Assembly: GCA_030265395.1 (NCBI GenBank)
Contig: JARFYF010000104.1
Span: 35,588,672-35,652,671 of the forward strand
Source of the DNA: Rhina ancylostomus
Lineage: Eukaryota
Direction of reading: 5' to 3'
DNA length: 64,000 nucleotides
The notes under the pieces are model-generated. The model was given only the letters and a program-made list of their open reading frames with translations. It did not search any database and was not told the origin of the DNA. Position numbers and translations under genes: made by a program. Numbering within the stretch: position 1 is the first letter of the stretch; each line of letters begins with the position of its first letter. This document shows positions 35,601 through 50,600 of this stretch, piece by piece.

Positions 35601-38600
35601 AGTAACTCCTGCCGTTCTGTTACATCGAGCAGCTCCAATGATGCAAATGAACAGCCTTAGAGAACTTGCAATGTATTTCCACATTACACTTGGAGCGCAC
35701 CTTGCATGTGTAACAAATTTCACAAAATTAATGTCTTGTTCTTTTAAGTAGTACAGGTTGAGGGATATTACAACCAATGGGTCAAAGGTGGTCAGCAGTG
35801 AATTGGGTGCCAAACCTAAGTCCTGAATAAATCCAAGCTTCTTCAACATCTTCAGGGAAGCAAGTAGGTAACATTCTTCAGACCCTATTTCCCTAAGAAG
35901 ATGTATTACTTGCCTCTATGACGCCCAAGTGACATGCCTGGTGCCAAATGACCATTGCATAATGGTTGGTGTCACCAGTTGGTACATCAGGCACAACCAC
36001 ACAGTACAAACAAACAAGTAGCATAACGTGCACATTACTTTGCTCATCACAAGTTGTGAATTGAATTATAGACAAGTGGGAGCATGTAGTCAAAGAAAAT
36101 ATCTGCTGTGTGAATGTATGTCTGGGCTGTGACATCCAGTTAGAACAATGTTTTTGTTAATCTTCCTCTCCTTTGCTTTCATCTCCATCAGATATTGGAT
36201 AACACAAGCACAGGCACTGTATCTGGAGATCACTTAGCACCACTGACTCAGGAAGATTAGCTCAATCATCTTAACGCAGAATTTGATTATAAAAGTAACT
36301 ATGAATTTGTTCCGTTGTATGAAAATTAAGTGCAGCATGTTAAACTTTATCGAGAACAATCTTCACGGTAAAAATATTTGACTACATTCAAGTCATTGTT
36401 TAAAGCTGTAGCCAAGGCACATCACATATGAGAAGAACCAAGTATTATATGTCTGCACATGGTGAAAAGAATATCAAATGGCTTATTTTTAAAAAAAACT
36501 TTTATCCATTAGAAAAGTTATGGTTGAAAAAGTCTAATTGGTTTTTGCCTCAACTACATTCTAACTAAAGGAATTCAATGTGCAGTGAGTTGTTCCATGT
36601 GCAATGTATGAACAGAAAACAATTTCATTGTGCTTGTTTACCTCCTCCTGACTTCTCCTCCATTCCAGCTTTCTATTTCATTTATCGTCATAAACTCATC
36701 TACTTTCCTTTTGGAAGCACTTAAACCATTTTCCACAAACACTTCCTGGGGCAGCAGTTTTCACATAATTACCACTCTCTGAGTCAAGATCATTTGTTCT
36801 TAGTTACCTATTAAACCGATCAACAAGTTTCTTGGAGTCCTAATTTTCCAAAACAAAAATATTCTCTTCGCACACTGCCAAGCCAATCCATTCATAATTT
36901 TAAAGATCTTCATTAGATCCCCTCAAAGTTTTCTATTTTCCAAAAAAAAATTCAAACTCACTCAGTAGTTATGTCCTCTTTGTTCTGGTACCATCAATGC
37001 ATATCTTTTATTAATTTTTTTTAGCATCTCTTTGTCCTGTAGGTGGTGTGGAGATGAGCTACAGGCTGGTCCCAACCCATATTATGTACAATTCTAACAC
37101 TACATAAAATTTAATACTCCAAGAAGTGTACCCTAATTTATTACAATGTTTTGCTTAATTTTAACCTTGCTTAATCTTGACCTCATGCTCTTCTATCCTA
37201 TCCAGTTTACTCAACCAAATCAAACTTTCACATGTTACATTCTCTTAGTTCTGGTACCATCGATGATTCCTTTAATGAATTGCATTATATTTTCTTGTGC
37301 GATCATTCATTAGTCACTGCCCAGTGCAGGTTTTCTGAATGGATGACTGGGATAAGATAAAAAAAAGAGTTCCCACTGCATGCCTCAATAAATGAAGTTT
37401 CATTCATCTTTACAGGATCAATTATAAAAGCAGAAAAGCATCATCATAACTTAAAGCAATTGATAAATTTACAAAACTGATCACAAGTATTCATTTAAAG
37501 GAACAAAAAACCCATTGCTCTCAAAATCCAGTGCATGTTCATATGTGGGAAACATGAGCACATTTAGTTGGAGACACAAGAGATTCTACAGATGCTGGAA
37601 TCTGGAGCAACACTCACAAAATGCTGGAGGAACTCAGCATGTTAGGCAGCATCTATGGACGGAAATAAACAGTCGACATTTCATGTCAAGACCCTTCGTC
37701 AGAACTGGAAGGGAAGAGGGTAGAAGCCAGAACAATCTGCAACAAATTGCAGAAGTCACACATAACATGCTGATCTTTTTTTCGAAAGTGTCACCTGCTT
37801 GAGAAACAAGGCACAGTGGTGTCACTCAACTAGAGGCCTTTCATCATTCAGTCCACCCGTTTTACCAAATAATCTCAGCAGATCAGGACTGTTTGAATGG
37901 TACAACCTGTCCGATGACACCACACCTGAGAGAATCCACCTCCCAGTAGTATAGCAAGGGACTGGCCTTGTTGGAAAGTGGATAGAAGGTGACCAGCTCG
38001 GTGAGCCACTAGTGACTCCACCAACCTGAATACCCCTCAACAAGCAGTTACATGAATAACTTCCTAGATGTGAACTGGGCAATCTGGTACATCATGTTAG
38101 AATGTGGAACTTCTTCCCACAAGTAGAAGGCAGAGATGAATATGTTTTGTCTATTAGATGAAGTAAGGTGGATTCGATGTGTTGTATCAACAGCACGTAA
38201 ATCTGTGGAGGCACAAAGTCCCTTTTAATGTTGCAGTTTCTATGCATTTCCATGTGGTGCACAGCAAGACTCAGTGATTCTAGAGAGTCTTGCTGAAGTG
38301 TACTGTGAGATGTGAAGTGTACGGTGTGGCACAGTGGCCTAGCAGTTAGTGTAACGCTCTTACAGCACCAGCAACCTGGGTTCAATTCCCGTCGCTGTCT
38401 GTAAGGAGTTTGTACATTCTCCCCGTGTNNNNNNNNNNNNNNAGGTGCTCCAGTTTCCTTCCATATTCCAAAGATGTACAGGTTAGGAAGTTGTGGGCGT
38501 GCTATGTTGGCACCGGAACAGTGGCGACACTTGCAGGCTGCCCCCTCCCAGCACATTCTTAGCAATGCAAAAACACTGTGTGTTTCAATGTACATGTGAC

Positions 38601-41600
38601 TAATAAATAAATATCTTATCTTAGATTCCACCCCAGTGCAGGCTCCTTTGTTGTGATGGCTGTGCTGTTACCTCTCAGGAGTGTCTATGCACACAAGTCC
38701 TGGCCGTTTCTAGTGCTCAGCCGCAGACCATTGCTGGCTAGGGATTGGGTCAGTTTGCCAATTTCCCCTATGTATGGGTACAGTAATGGGACCTCAGTCT
38801 TCCCATGACTGTGGTGGGGTTCCAGAGCCTGCTTGGTGTAGGCGTGTAGTTAGTGAGCCATATCTGACACAGCACTAGGAGTGGAAGTGCTGGTGTCCAG
38901 GGAGCGATGGCTTCCTTCTCCTGGTAGCCTTGATGACTGCGCATATCTGGAGTGCAATTTGGCTTAATTCTATTTAAAGATTGCTTTGCCGGTGAACCTA
39001 TCTGCTTGCAATGTTGATGCAATGCAGTGTGATGTCTTATTTTGGGAGCTGTGAGAAGCAAAGAGTAGATTTATTTTGAATAGCGAGGTTGTAATGCATT
39101 GAATGTGAATGATGTGCTCATACTTTGTGGAGGATTGTATTCAGTTGGTGGGAGGGGATAGACAAGCTGTTTGTGGAGTGGCGCTGGGCAGGGGTGGACG
39201 GGTGCAGTCAAACACATGATTTATCTTGGAGTCACCCTGACAGTACTGATCACATCAACAAAAGTATGGATAGGAAAAGTTTAGAGGGATATGGGCCAAG
39301 CATGGGGAAATGGGACTAGCTTAGATGGTCATCTTGGTCAGCATGGATGAGCTGGGCTGGAGGGCTTGTATCCTTGCTGTATTACTCTAATAACCGCATT
39401 AAAAATCAAAGCAAGAGTTAACCTACTATGGAGTGCCAGTGACTTTGTTCATCACCACTTGTACTGCTTTATTTTGGCTCAGACAACTGACATGGTAAAC
39501 TAGTGCAACACCAAATCTCGTGGCACAATGAACTGAGCGTCAGGCATGCTGCACCTCACTAAACTCTGGCTTCCAGTCCTCATCTCTGTACACAAATGAT
39601 GAAGCATACTTACTAGCCAGAGTCCATTATAATTCAATGCTTCCAGCACACTCACTATCAGACATCTCCACTCAGGACATCCAGCCTTTCAAAACCCATT
39701 GACTCATCTTCTTTACTTGATGGCATGAAGAATGGTTAGTGTAAGCTCCTGTCAATCAGCATATCATCTGAAACCAGAACCAGTCAACCAGAATTGAACT
39801 GAACACTTCCAACCTGTACTGTGTCTCAAATGTACACCAATGGGGTCTTTGTTATGGCAACAAATACCCTTCTGGACAATGTCAAACCACGTACCACGAA
39901 TTTCACTCCAGCCCACTGACAACCTGGTGGTCTTTAAGCTCTTCATACTATATTGACATTGCCTTATGTTGGTGAAAGTAATATGCTGAAAACCTACAGC
40001 ATAACTCATTAAGTTTTCCTCCACGTCTGCACTGAGTATTTCTAAGCTCTAGGAAGGTAAGGCATTGTGTAAGATTGATCACCATTGCAGAGAAAGGCCT
40101 CAAACATTAACAGCTTTAACACAGACATGGGCCAGTGAGATAAACAAGATGCACTCACTGTAATGTAACTGCCACAACAAAGTTCATTCGACTTTGAAAT
40201 CTGTGTTGATGAAAGGCGCACGTCAATTAATATTACCTTTCCTTTTGTTCAAGTACCATTGAATGGGTAGAAAGGGACAAGACACACTGATTTAGACATG
40301 AAAACAGAAAGCTTACTTTTTGATATGGCCATTGACAATGATAATCATTGGATAAATAAAAAGAGAATGTACAAAATTACTGCATTAACATTTTGCACTC
40401 TACCTTATAAAAGCCATTTTCATTACCACTGTAGCTTAGGAGCATGGAAGCAAGGAGAGGTGTGGACCATGAAGCCCTTCAAACCTGCCCTACATTCAAA
40501 TGATCATGGCCAATCTCTATCTTAATACCACATTCCTGCTTTCTCTTCACATATCCCTTTGATGCCTTTTGTGTGCAGAAATCCATCTACCTCCTTAAAT
40601 ATTTCCAGTGACTTGGCCTTCAGTGGTAGAGAATTCCACAGGTTCACCACCATCTGGGTAAAGATATTTCTCATCTCAGTTCTAAATATTTTATCCCATA
40701 TCCCGAGTCTTTCTAGACCACCCCCCTCCCCCAACCAGGTAAACTTGTTCCGCACATCCAGTCTGTTGACCCCTTTGAATTTATTATCTCTTTTTTATAT
40801 TTCCGAGAAATCCCCTTTGAAACAAGTGAATTCAGGCTTAGATTATTAAAACTCTCCTTATGCAACAATTCCACCATCCCACAAATCTGTCTGACAGACA
40901 CTCACTGTCTAGCAAGTATATCCTCTCTTAGGTAAGGAGACTAAAACTATACACATTACTCCAGGTGTGGTCTCACCATGCCATGTATAACTGTAGCAAG
41001 ACATCTTTGTTCTTGCAGTCCCAGATCAAGACAATAGCTTGATTTCATAGGGACAGAATATTTAATAAAAAAAAGCAGCTGACATTGTAAGATAATCAAA
41101 AGTTAAGCATTCTACAATGATAGTTTTAATTCTTCATCTTCATAGATTCATACAACACACAAATAGGCCCTTCAGCCCAACTCATCCATACCAATCAAGA
41201 TGCCCATCTAAACTAATCCCATTTGCCTGTGGTTGGCCTATATCCTTCTCAACTTTCTCCATCTATGTATCTGTCCAAATGTTTTTTAAATGTTATAATT
41301 GCTTCTGCTTCTACCACCTCCTCTGGCAGTTTATTCCATATACCCACCACCCTGTGTGTGAAAAACTTGCCCCTCAAATCCCCTTTAAATATTTTCCTTC
41401 TCACCTTAGATTCCCCTACCCTGGGAAAAAGACTATGACTATCTACGCTATCCATACCGCTATCATGGTCCCAGTTAGTGATACTTTGATGAAAGTGACA
41501 AAGAAAAAAATTGAAGATCTTCTGCAGAGCCAAGAGAGTAGATGTCACCAGTTCAGTTGCTGCGTAGGTCTTGCTGATCAAAACGTGGTCAGCACCAACG

Positions 41601-44600
41601 CCACTGCTTTGAAATCTCTGCGTATTATGGNNNNNNNNNTGGGAGGGGCAGGAAGGCAGGCAGGATTGAACTTTGTTGGAAAATGAATGCTGTACAGTTG
41701 CTGGGTAACAAAAGAAAAATCAGGCTTGGCCACAATGCTCTGCCCAGGCGTTGTGGGCCTCCCCTTCAGTATCACTCTTCTGGAATTAATATAAAGGTGT
41801 CACATGACTCTGACAGTTGGCATTTACACTGACAAATGCTGGTGCTGCAAAACTGAATGGAAATTGAACAGAACCATCAGATGAGATTAACAGAGAAAAT
41901 GATTCAAGTATTTTATGTTCAGGCACTTCCAAAGTGCTTGATTAGACTTCTCCTTTGTTATTACTCCCAGATAGTCTACTCCATTTAATATACATTTCCT
42001 GCACAGATTTATTACTCTGTTCTCCTAACTTTCCTTTTAAGCTAGAGTTTCTGCTAATTACAGTTATTCTTCTTACTCACACATTGCTAACTATTTACAA
42101 ATGCATTTCATTTTTGTGTGTTCTGGCCATGCTTATTACAGCCACCAATTTATCAAACTGCTGAATTACTGCAAACTACTTTGGCAAAGGCAGTGGTGAC
42201 TCACTGACAAACATCTTTTGTGTAAACTTAATAACGGGTGGGGAATATTAGTTTGTCCGCTAGTAATTATTATTCAGGTCCAGCAATTCTGCTTTAAGTC
42301 ACAAAGGACCGGTATTTAAAACTTGGCTGTACAACATACAAGTGCTGTTCTTGGGTTGTCAAAGCTTCTTTGTGTTAAAGCAATTTTTCTGAAGTAGAAA
42401 TAATATATTGTTCACCAGATTTTGGCATTAGTCATAGTTAACATCATTTAAAATATTTTTTTAAAGTCACCATTATTAATAAATTGCCTTACATAGCATT
42501 GATTCATGTGTTCCACTCTATTAGTGAACAAGTAGTCTCCGAATCTGTTAGTGAGTTGAGGCAGTGCATCGTTTAAGGGAGTATTTTCAGCAGGATGGTG
42601 TGTTTACAGGCAGAAATTTAAACAGATTGATTCCCGAGCATTAATGCAACTTGGTGCTTGACAGCCACCCCTCTGTGAGTGTGAGTATTTTTATGTTAGG
42701 ACACAGTGGGGTCTTCAGACAGAAGCTTTCAGTTGAGGATCCAGTTGCTAAGCAGTTTGTAAGTAACACTGTGAGGAAAGGTTATTTCAGNNNNNNNNNN
42801 NNNNNNNNNNNNNNNNNNNNNNNNNNNNNNNNNNNNNNNNNTTAAGTAAAAATAAACTAATGCCAATCACAGATTGCCACATATGATGTCAAACTCAATC
42901 ATCTCCACATAAGATGATAATGTCCTTTTAATATTTTTAGAACCAAATTTCATCTTGACTAACTGCTATTAAACTCAGCTTCAAAATCAACAGGGACAGT
43001 ACTAAAACAGCATAACTACATCCTAAAAACAGATCATGTTCGTCTTCCAGTCAAAACAATGGGATTGAAGTCATAGCTAGCAAAATAAATAAGCTTCACT
43101 AGGGGGAATAAAGTCAGAAGTTAAACTGGTGTACTTGATGGAACCAAGATTCAATCTATCATACTCCATAACCAATCTTAATGACTCCTTAAACTTTTGC
43201 CCTTTCCATCTTGAAGATTACTTTAATTAGATGCCTCCATTTAGTGAAATAAACCCAGTAAGGTCAAAGAAATCAATATCTTGCAAGGAGTCATCACTTA
43301 GAGAGAGACCTTCACATTGCACTCAATCTCATTTAACACTCTATGCACTGAGCACCTACATCAGTTGCTGAAATATAACCAACAGTTCTGTTCTCTCCTA
43401 ATTCTAAATATTTCTGCTTTNNNNNNNNNNNNNNNNNNNNNNNNNNNNNNNNNNNNNNNNNNNNNNNNNNNNNNNNNNNNNNNNNNNNNNNNNNNNNNNN
43501 NNNNNNNNNNNNNNNNNNNNTCTGCTTTGATGCTCCTGTATTATCTCATGAAATCATTTTTATTGATAATTGCAGAACAAAATAGGCCAATTTTAATACA
43601 ATTATAATAGACCACAAGGTAATTATTATTATAGAGTAATATTGAAACACAAAATTAAGGACGCATGGGGTTGAAGTGACATATTTGTATGTATAAAGGA
43701 TTGGTTACGAGACAAGAATCAGTGCAAAGGTAAATGTATGGTTTTCAGGTTGGCAGACTGTTACTAGTGTGATGTCACAGAGTCATATATAAGCTATTCA
43801 TAATATATACTAATGGCTTTGATAAAAGAAAGTGTTATGTATCCAGATTTGCTGATGATTTAAAGCTAGATGGGAAAATGGACTGTGAGGAGGATGCAAA
43901 GTGTCTGCAAATGGATGCAAAAAGATTAAGCCTATGGGCAAAGAGATGGCAGATGGACAAGGTGGACACCCTGCCAATGCACTGGTACAATACGACATTG
44001 TCCAATTTAATAGGAATGACAGAGACTGAAGTTTTTAAATAATAGTGTATAGAACAATTCTGGTGTGCTGGTTCATGGGAAGCAGAGGGTGATCATGCAG
44101 GTACAGCCAGCAATTAGGAAGGTGCATAGTTTATTGACCTTTATTTCACTGGTTGGATTGGAAAAGCATTGAAGAGTTGTTGAGATAAAAAGACAAAATG
44201 CTGGAAACACTCAGACTAATGTCTCTGATCTGAAATGTTGGCTCTAGTTCTCTTCCACAGATGCAGACTGACCAGCTGAGTGTTCCCAGCATTTTCTGCT
44301 TCTGTTTCAAATTACCAACATCTGCAGGTTTTTTTTTGTATTTCAACAATTACTGAGATTGTACAAAGCTTCAGTGAGACTTCATGTGGAGTATTGTGTG
44401 CAGTTTTGGTCTCCATGTCTAAAGATCAATTTGCTTGAGTTACTGTCAGTGCAACATGGAAGTACTAAATTGTTTTCTGGGATGAGGGAGGTTGTTCAAT
44501 GAGGAGAGATTATGTGGGACTAGCCATTTTCACTGAGGCTAAGAGAAATGAAATGTGATCTCAAGCAGGCAAACAAGATTTTGACAAACAAAATCAGTTC

Positions 44601-47600
44601 ACTCTTTCTGGAGATTCTCACAATCTCAGAATGAAGGACTGGCTATATGGCATTGAAATAAGGAGAATTAATGAATGCCACAGGTTGTAAATTTTTGTAT
44701 TTTCCAGGCTGAGATTTTTTGAACAGCAATGAAATAGGGTGATATGGGGATTGGATGGGGCAGTGAGCCCGCGTCTTTTTATGGAGTGGTAAAACAGATT
44801 TGAGAGGCTATTTTACCTATTCCAGCTTCCAATTCTAATGTTCTTATAAGGTCAAGAGTATGGCAAATCTGACATCTGTATGTTCCATTAACCATTATTA
44901 CCCCTATGATTTTTCATTATCTTTAAAAGAAATCTAATTTTCATTAGATTTATTGAGTAACTGTAACTTTAGTTTTCTGGATTTAAGTGTCCTCTTTAAA
45001 CTCTGAGTACACAGTAATGCCCATCTCAGTGCACTGCCAAGATCAGCGACGATCCTTGTTATGGGTGTGATGTACTTGGAAACACCTTTGAAGCAGTATC
45101 CAAGTAAATGAAGAATACAGCCCCTTTGAACTACTATTTTAAAAAAAGCAAAAGAAAAAGTTTCATCAGTTGAATGCTCCATGTTTGGTTTTAATTCGGG
45201 ATGTCATTCTGGATGTCAATTGACATGAGATATGGCACTTAAAGAACTAATCACCTGTTAAAAATCTATCTAATCTTGCTAGCCCAGCCAAGCAAGATAT
45301 TTGCAGTCAAATCTAACACAATATTAACACTGGAAACACAACAAACATTATAATACAATAATGCAACATTTGAATATTATGGAGTTTGATCCTATAAACA
45401 GTTTGTGTAATATGTATATACAGTATCTCAGCTCAGTTTTCTCAAGTTACAATGAAATGTATTTGTATAGTAAAAATGTCCAATTGGGAAAATCCTTAGA
45501 GTGAGCAAAACTCCATGGCCTAATTTCATTATAAGACACTCAATGGGCTGCCAGTCCACTATCTGTGCCAACTATGCTATGAATTTGTGATATTTGTTCT
45601 TACTAATCAGCTTCTGAAAAATGCACTGCTTGGCTGTGGAACTTACCTTCTTGCTGGGTCCTGAATGCGATTCAATTGTGGTATACATATAAATGGTGTG
45701 TTATAACTGCATTTAAATTGCTGCCTCAATACCTGAAAGTATACAGTCTATTTTTAACAAGGGTTAACCCAAATACTAATTGAGTTATAGAGTCATACAG
45801 CATGGAACCAGGCCCCTCGGCCCAAATGGTCCACGCTGACCAAGATTTCCATCTAAGCTTGTCCCATTTGCCTGCGAACGCATTGCTTTGGGAGTAAACT
45901 TTGGTCCTTGACATCCTTTCTGATGGTGACCATGGTAACCGCTTCCCCTTTCTCCTTCCTGACCTATCTGCAGCTTTCAACAGGATTATCCACATTGATT
46001 CTGTGCTGTTCCTCCATCTTTTTGCTGGGTTGAACTGCTGTAGCCTGGATCCATCCCTGTTTGTCCACTAGTAGCAAGGAAATCTCGGGCAATTACTTCA
46101 TGACTGTGACAGTACTGCTCTCTCACAAGTGATCACTGACCCTCTCCTTTCTATTTCTCAGCTATGCATTATCCCACACAACATCAGCAAAAATCCAACA
46201 CGAGGTTCTGCGTCTATGTTGATGACAGCCAACTCTGCTGTACCTCCGCCTCACTCAAGGTCTCTGTTCTCTAATTTGTCATGCAGTTAGTCCATAAAAG
46301 CAGTATTGGAAGGTTAGAAATTTCCTCTAATTGGGAAGACTAAACCCATTGTCATAATTCCCAACACAACCTCTGTTCCCTGGACACTGATCCACCCTCT
46401 CCCTGGCCACTGTCTGAGAATGAAGCAGACTGTTTGTCCCTTAAAAATAAGTCAGAACATGTTGACACTACTCTGGGTATTTTCAGCATATCTATTTTTG
46501 GATGTGCCTGTGATGTACTGGACTTGGCCCAATACATCACTGGCACATCCCTCCCCACCATCAGAAGTATCTACATGAGGCACTGCCTCAAGGAGGCAAC
46601 ATGTCTCATCAAAGATCCCCACCATCCAGGTGACACCATCTTCTCACAGCTACCATGGAACAGAAGGCTGAAGTCCCATACCACCAGTTCTTGAACAGCT
46701 ACTTCCCTTCAACCATTCGGTTCCTGAACCAACCTGCATAATCCTAATCACTACCTCAGGAGAGCAACACTATGACTACGGTGCACTACAACGGACTTGT
46801 TTTTATTGTTCTAATTGTGTTCTTTCTTATATAATTTCGTATAATTTATGTTTAATTTATGTTTTTCTTGTGAATGCTGTGTCTCTGATGCTATGCGCCT
46901 GTGATGTTGCTGCAAGTAAGTTTTTCATTGCACCTGTGCATAAGACAATAAACTCAACTTTGACTTGTTTCAGATTTCCAGCATCCATTGTTTACTGCTG
47001 CTTTTGTAACCTTTGGCATGTGATTTGACTTTGACATTATCTTCACAGCCCTCAGGCATCCAATCACACAGAACACCCACTGTCCTGTCCATAACACCAG
47101 CACCTCCGCCTCGGATTCAGCTCATTGGTGCTGAAATTTTCCTCATGTTTTTACTGCTAGACTAGACTAGACTACTGTGGTGCCTTCCAGGACAGTAGTC
47201 AACATGTATGCTCTGTAAATCTCACATTCATCCAAAATTTCCCAATTTTAGCTCACAATCAGCATTACCTTGTGCTCACTGACAAGCCCAGGTTCCTGGT
47301 CTTGTAGTACACATATGCCTCTTTGACTTTCAGCACTCTGCCACTGGCCTTTGGCTACATAGACCCTAAGATCTGGAATTCACAATGTTTTACTACATGA
47401 ATAGCACTCACAGTGCTATATAAATGCATGTTAATGTAATGTAGCAATTTGAAGCTCCCTGGGCTCCAGATGTTATTCATTCGTAGTATCAACTTCATCA
47501 GGAGGAAAATGTTTGCTATTGTTGTGGCTCATCTTTTTTTAGTGACGTTATCTGTAGATGTGGATGCTTTCAGTGGGAAAGTTACATCAAAAACTCCTTC

Positions 47601-50600
47601 ACATACAGCTACAATCTTATTGTGGCCAAGTCCTTTCAATATGATGAATCATCATCTTAATTTATAATACCAGCTTTAGTTTGTCACTTGGCATGGAGCA
47701 TAAATTATATTTCATCTCTATTTATGTCCAAGTGTTTGTGGAAGTACACCAGTAATCAGTGTTATATATCACAACGCATCAAGCTCACTCCAAGAACTAA
47801 CCTTGATCCCTTTCATGCCATGTTCTGCTGACACTTGTAGGTGAGCTGGGAGATGGATAGAATTCTCCAGCTGGACTGGTGTCTATGCTGTCATCAATAG
47901 AGATGGTCTTAGGCCGTTTGCTGGAAAATAAATACATAATTCAGATTAAGGTGCGGTGCTAAAACTGTCAATTCTCTTTGAAATAATATCAGCACATTTT
48001 GCAAAATTCAGCTTTAAACATTGTCAATAAAATGTTAGAGTGCCCTCAAGGAAAACGGAATATTTTGACGTTGTCTCCTCGTCCCAAATATTGGCAGTGA
48101 ATTTATGAACAGTTAAAAAATGCTCCTATTACTGACCCTGTAAGATGCTCGCCACAGATACTGTATCTAGTGACCTCTGTAGTAAGCACTTTCCCTTTCT
48201 GATGCCTTTTGTTGCCAGCTGGCAAACTGGCTGAGCAACCAATCATGTCACAGATTTGGTACAGAACGCAAATCAGGAAGGAAAAAGCCCAATTTTTAAT
48301 TAACTTGTTAAACATATAAAGAATGCCAAACAACTTTACACACATGAAAGCAGAAGCTGAAATAACAAGCACAATCTTTTTATAAATTTTTACAGTCCCA
48401 TATATTCTGAAATGTTTATATGAAAGGATTACAACACATGTACGATAAATATAGTTTCTTCGCCAGCAATTGTGGATAAGTTCATGATGGAAACTAAAGA
48501 CACTAATGCAATAATCATTTCCATGATACTTTGCAATGAAAATAGTTTGTAACTAGATTAAATTCAGGCCAATTCAATGATTCATTTGACTGAGGTGGAG
48601 AAGACCATATGCAACAATCTGTGGAGTGACAATGAATCATTTATAGCAAGTTTGAGGTTTACATGTTAGACAAAAGCTGCAGAAAATATAAAGTTGCTCG
48701 CCCTCTTACCATGCAATGCTGGTGATCATTAATAGTTTCTGTTATCATTAACATAAAATCTGGGCAACTTCAGCAGAAGAACACCTGTATACTTGCTTAT
48801 ATATCTCATCAGTTTTATGAACAGTTAGAGGTGGTCTGAAAACATTTTTGTCATGGGGTTTCATTCTCGCATAAGTCAAGCATTTACAATCAAGATAAGC
48901 CAGAACCTGTTGAATTTTATATGCCTGCTGCACTGGAGGATCCAGCACATCATGTCCCTGCTTTCCACCATGATGCAATTTGACCTCTTTCATTATTTCT
49001 ATTTATATTATGTTTCCATGAACCAGACAGAGTACTCAGGAGCACCATCCATTGAACATTGCAGGTGTTTCTTTTCTAAATTAATGTTACCTTCACAGAG
49101 AAATGTATCATCACATCCCCATACTTATGAAGGACTTATCAACAATCATTAATCTCTATGGTTTACTGAGTTTTATATTTAAAATTATTCCAAGTATGTA
49201 ATTTCCTTTTGTGGACCCATTGATGGCACCTCACATTCAAATCTCCCGCATGTTCAAATCTCCCTCACACTCATTTCTCTCAGTTTCCAGATATTGCCAA
49301 TGGTTTAACCATGGCAGGTATGTTACCCAAACACCTTATGAGATAATCGCTAGCAGATATATCACTTTTCTACATAATCACATCTGGAAGAGCAAACCAT
49401 GGCTCGAGCAGTTCCATCCATGTCCTCCATTCCCCTGAACACAGTGTGTTAGCCGCTATTAGTCACCTAGACTGGATGGACTACACCCCAGGGGTCTGAA
49501 AGAGGCAGCTGAAGAGATCGTGGAGGCATTAGCAGTGATCTTTCAAGAATCACTAGATTTAGGAATGGTTCCTGAGGACTGGAAATTTGCAAATATTGCT
49601 CCACTCTTTAAGAAGGGAGGGAGGCAAAAGACAGGGAGTTATAGGCCAGATAGCCTGACTTCAGTTGTTGGTAAGATATGAGAGTCCATTACTAAGGATG
49701 AGGTTTCAGAGTATTTGGAAACACATGATAAAATAGGCCAAAGTCAGCATGGTTTCCTGAAGTGGAAATCTTGCCCGACAGATCTTGGAATTCTTTGAAG
49801 AAGCAATGAGCAGGATAGACAAAGAAGAGTCAGTGGATGTTGTTTACTTGGATTTTCAGAAGGTCATTGACAAGGTGCTGCACATGAGGCTGCTAGACAA
49901 GAAAGAAGCCCATGGTATTACAGGAAAGATACCAGCATGGATAGAAGATTGGCTGACCAGCAGGAGGCAAAGAGTGGGAATAAAGGGGGCCTTTTCTGGT
50001 TGGCTGCTGGTGACNNNNNNNNNNNNNNNNNNNNNNNNNNNNNNNNNNNNNNNNNNNNNNNNNNNNNNNNNNNNNNNNNNNNNNNNNNNNNNNNNNNNNN
50101 NNNNNNNNNNNNNNNNNNNNNNNNNNNNNNNNNNNNNNNNNNNNNNNNNNNNNNNNNNNNNNNNNNNNNNNNNNNNNNNNNNNNNNNNNNNNNNNNNNNN
50201 NNNNNNNNNNNNNNNNNNNNNNNNNNNNNNNNNNNNNNNNNNNNNNNNNNNNNNNNNNNNNNNNNNNNNNNNNNNNNNNNNNNNNNNNNNNNNNNNNNNN
50301 NNNNNNNNNNNNNNNNNNNNNNNNNNNNNNNNNNNNNNNNNNNNNNNNNNNNNNNNNNNNNNNNNNNNNNNNNNNNNNNNNNNNNAGTCCTGAACAACTG
50401 ACCAAGAAGATCCCTGTGAGTTTCTGCTTTTAGTAGCAGCATCTTTTCCACATTGCTTCTTGGTGAGATGAATAGAGAACTGTTTGCTGAAGCTCGTTTC
50501 TGGATAGGATTTCCTTCTTAGAGCCATATCCCCATTTTGGCTTGACTGCCACCTCTGCAATGTTGCACACTCACAGAGGTGTCATCCACAGACCCCAAAT

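Noticed and set aside
35000-35850. Possible second Harbinger Myb/SANT relic or ORF 35523..35849
   Set aside because: The resemblance is too faint to call, and there is no splice or homology support.
38322-38400. tRNA gene
   Set aside because: The A and B boxes continue into a V-SINE body and tail, and there is no complete cloverleaf.
49785-50014. Functional reverse transcriptase gene
   Set aside because: This is a truncated CR1 copy with substitutions in conserved motifs (KVIDKVLH versus KAFDKVPH) and an in-frame stop upstream.
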